DNA of 51,307 nt from Octopus bimaculoides (Eukaryota), in assembly GCF_001194135.2 (NCBI RefSeq), contig NC_068992.1, positions 46,861,772 to 46,913,078 of the forward strand, read 5' to 3'. Shown here piece by piece: positions 50,101 through 51,307 of the stretch (position 1 is its first letter; the number at the start of each line of letters is the position of its first letter). Made by a program: the position numbers and the translations under genes. The notes below the pieces were generated by a model, which saw only the letters and a list, made by a program, of their open reading frames with translations, did not search any database and was not told the origin of the DNA.

Positions 50101-50399
50101 GTTGAATGTCAGAAGACATTAAGTAGATACATATGTAGGTAGATAGGTATGTACGTAAGATGTTCGGCTCGCTGGTTGGCTGGTTGATTACTTGGTTGGT
50201 TGAAGGGTGACTGTGACAGTGTTAAGTGATTCCGTCTATTTATTGACAGCCATTTCTACAAGAAATAACATCGAAAAATAATTCCTTTCATCTCACTAAT
50301 TTGTGAACCAATTTATCTTTACACGTCTTTCTTCATTTCATCATCACTTTCTTTTATTAGTGTTTTAAATTCACCTTAAAAAAAAAGTGAACACAAGCA

Positions 50400-51123
50400 T
50401 ATGCCCATAGTCACACACACACACACACATACACAGACACACACACAAACACACATATATATATGCATATATATATATATATATGTATGAATTTATATAG
50501 ATATGTATGAATATATTATATGTATGTATATATATATGTGGGTGTGTATATATATATATATATATATGTATACATATATACATAATACATATGTATNNNN
50601 NNNNNNNNNNNNNNNNNNNNNNNNNNNNNNNNNNNNNNNNNNNNNNNNNNNNNNNNNNNNNNNNNNNNNNNNNNNNNNNNNNNNNNNNNNNNNNNNNNNN
50701 NNNNNNNNNNATATATATATATATATATATATATATACGGTTGTGTTTATAATTATACACGTATATATACAGATATATATATACACACACAAATGGAGAG
50801 GTGTGTGCGTATAAGCAGAAATAACTTCTGAAACCATATAATGTATAATGTATGACTATATATTTATATGTCTGATGTATAAGTGTATACATTAAAAATC
50901 AAACATAGATAAATACAGACGCAGATACGTATATATGTTTGTATATATCCCCCCACCATATATATTTATATACATATACATGCAGACATGGGGTTATGTT
51001 TATGTGTGTGTACACATATGTATATATCCATATAATTATATATGCATATATATATATATATGTTTATGTATGTATATGTATATTCATACATATATATGTG
51101 CATATACACGAGAGTATGCACAC

Positions 51124-51203
<80 letters not shown>

Positions 51204-51210
51204 GAATGTG
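50400..51210. repeat. (CA)n/(TA)n-rich low-complexity tract with gap
   Basis: Directly visible. Confidence 0.92.
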
Positions 51211-51307
51211 CTTGTATATATGTGCGAAGAGAAAGTGAGAGGAGAATAGGTAGATTGATAGACACACAGATATGTAAGGAGAAAAAAATTGGTACATGAA
51301 TGAGCGC

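Noticed and set aside
5305-51299. Long ORFs in the supplied track (e.g. 5305-6075, 11266-11805, 21447-22237, 31927-32850, 38175-39101)
   Set aside because: They consist of N-gaps and microsatellite translations (poly-V/T/L, YI, HT, CV).

Overview
AT-rich, microsatellite-saturated eukaryotic (metazoan) DNA from a gapped draft assembly. There are about 12 N-gaps, most flanked on at least one side by simple repeats. The tRNA-headed SINE families and the repeat density look like an octopus/coleoid cephalopod genome; this is an inference from my recollection of octopus SINEs, not a database result. I found no long genuine ORF: most entries in the supplied ORF track are translations of microsatellites or N-gaps, or are TE relics. 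Supported from the sequence: (i) about 12 SINE fragments from at least three families that cross-match each other; (ii) two decayed Tc1/mariner transposases (10813-11284 +, 12356-12692 -) and two isolated TIR-like ends; (iii) 3' fragments of an R4/Dong-like REL-endonuclease LINE (18500-19300 -) and a Tx1/L1-like LINE (46223-46765 -); (iv) several short candidate exons with good splice signals, none assignable to a known gene. Best second-look items: a ~187-bp-stem, ~91% identical foldback palindrome made from a locally duplicated SINE fragment (183-568); a phase-compatible minus-strand exon pair whose TGA is followed in frame by 86 more sense codons (1368-1833); and a ~1.4-kb direct-repeat-bounded unclassified element with LINE-like tails and a Gln-led octapeptide repeat (19737-21130). 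I see no CRISPR array, rRNA, intact tRNA or other prokaryote-type system, and I cannot claim a new biological system from sequence alone.
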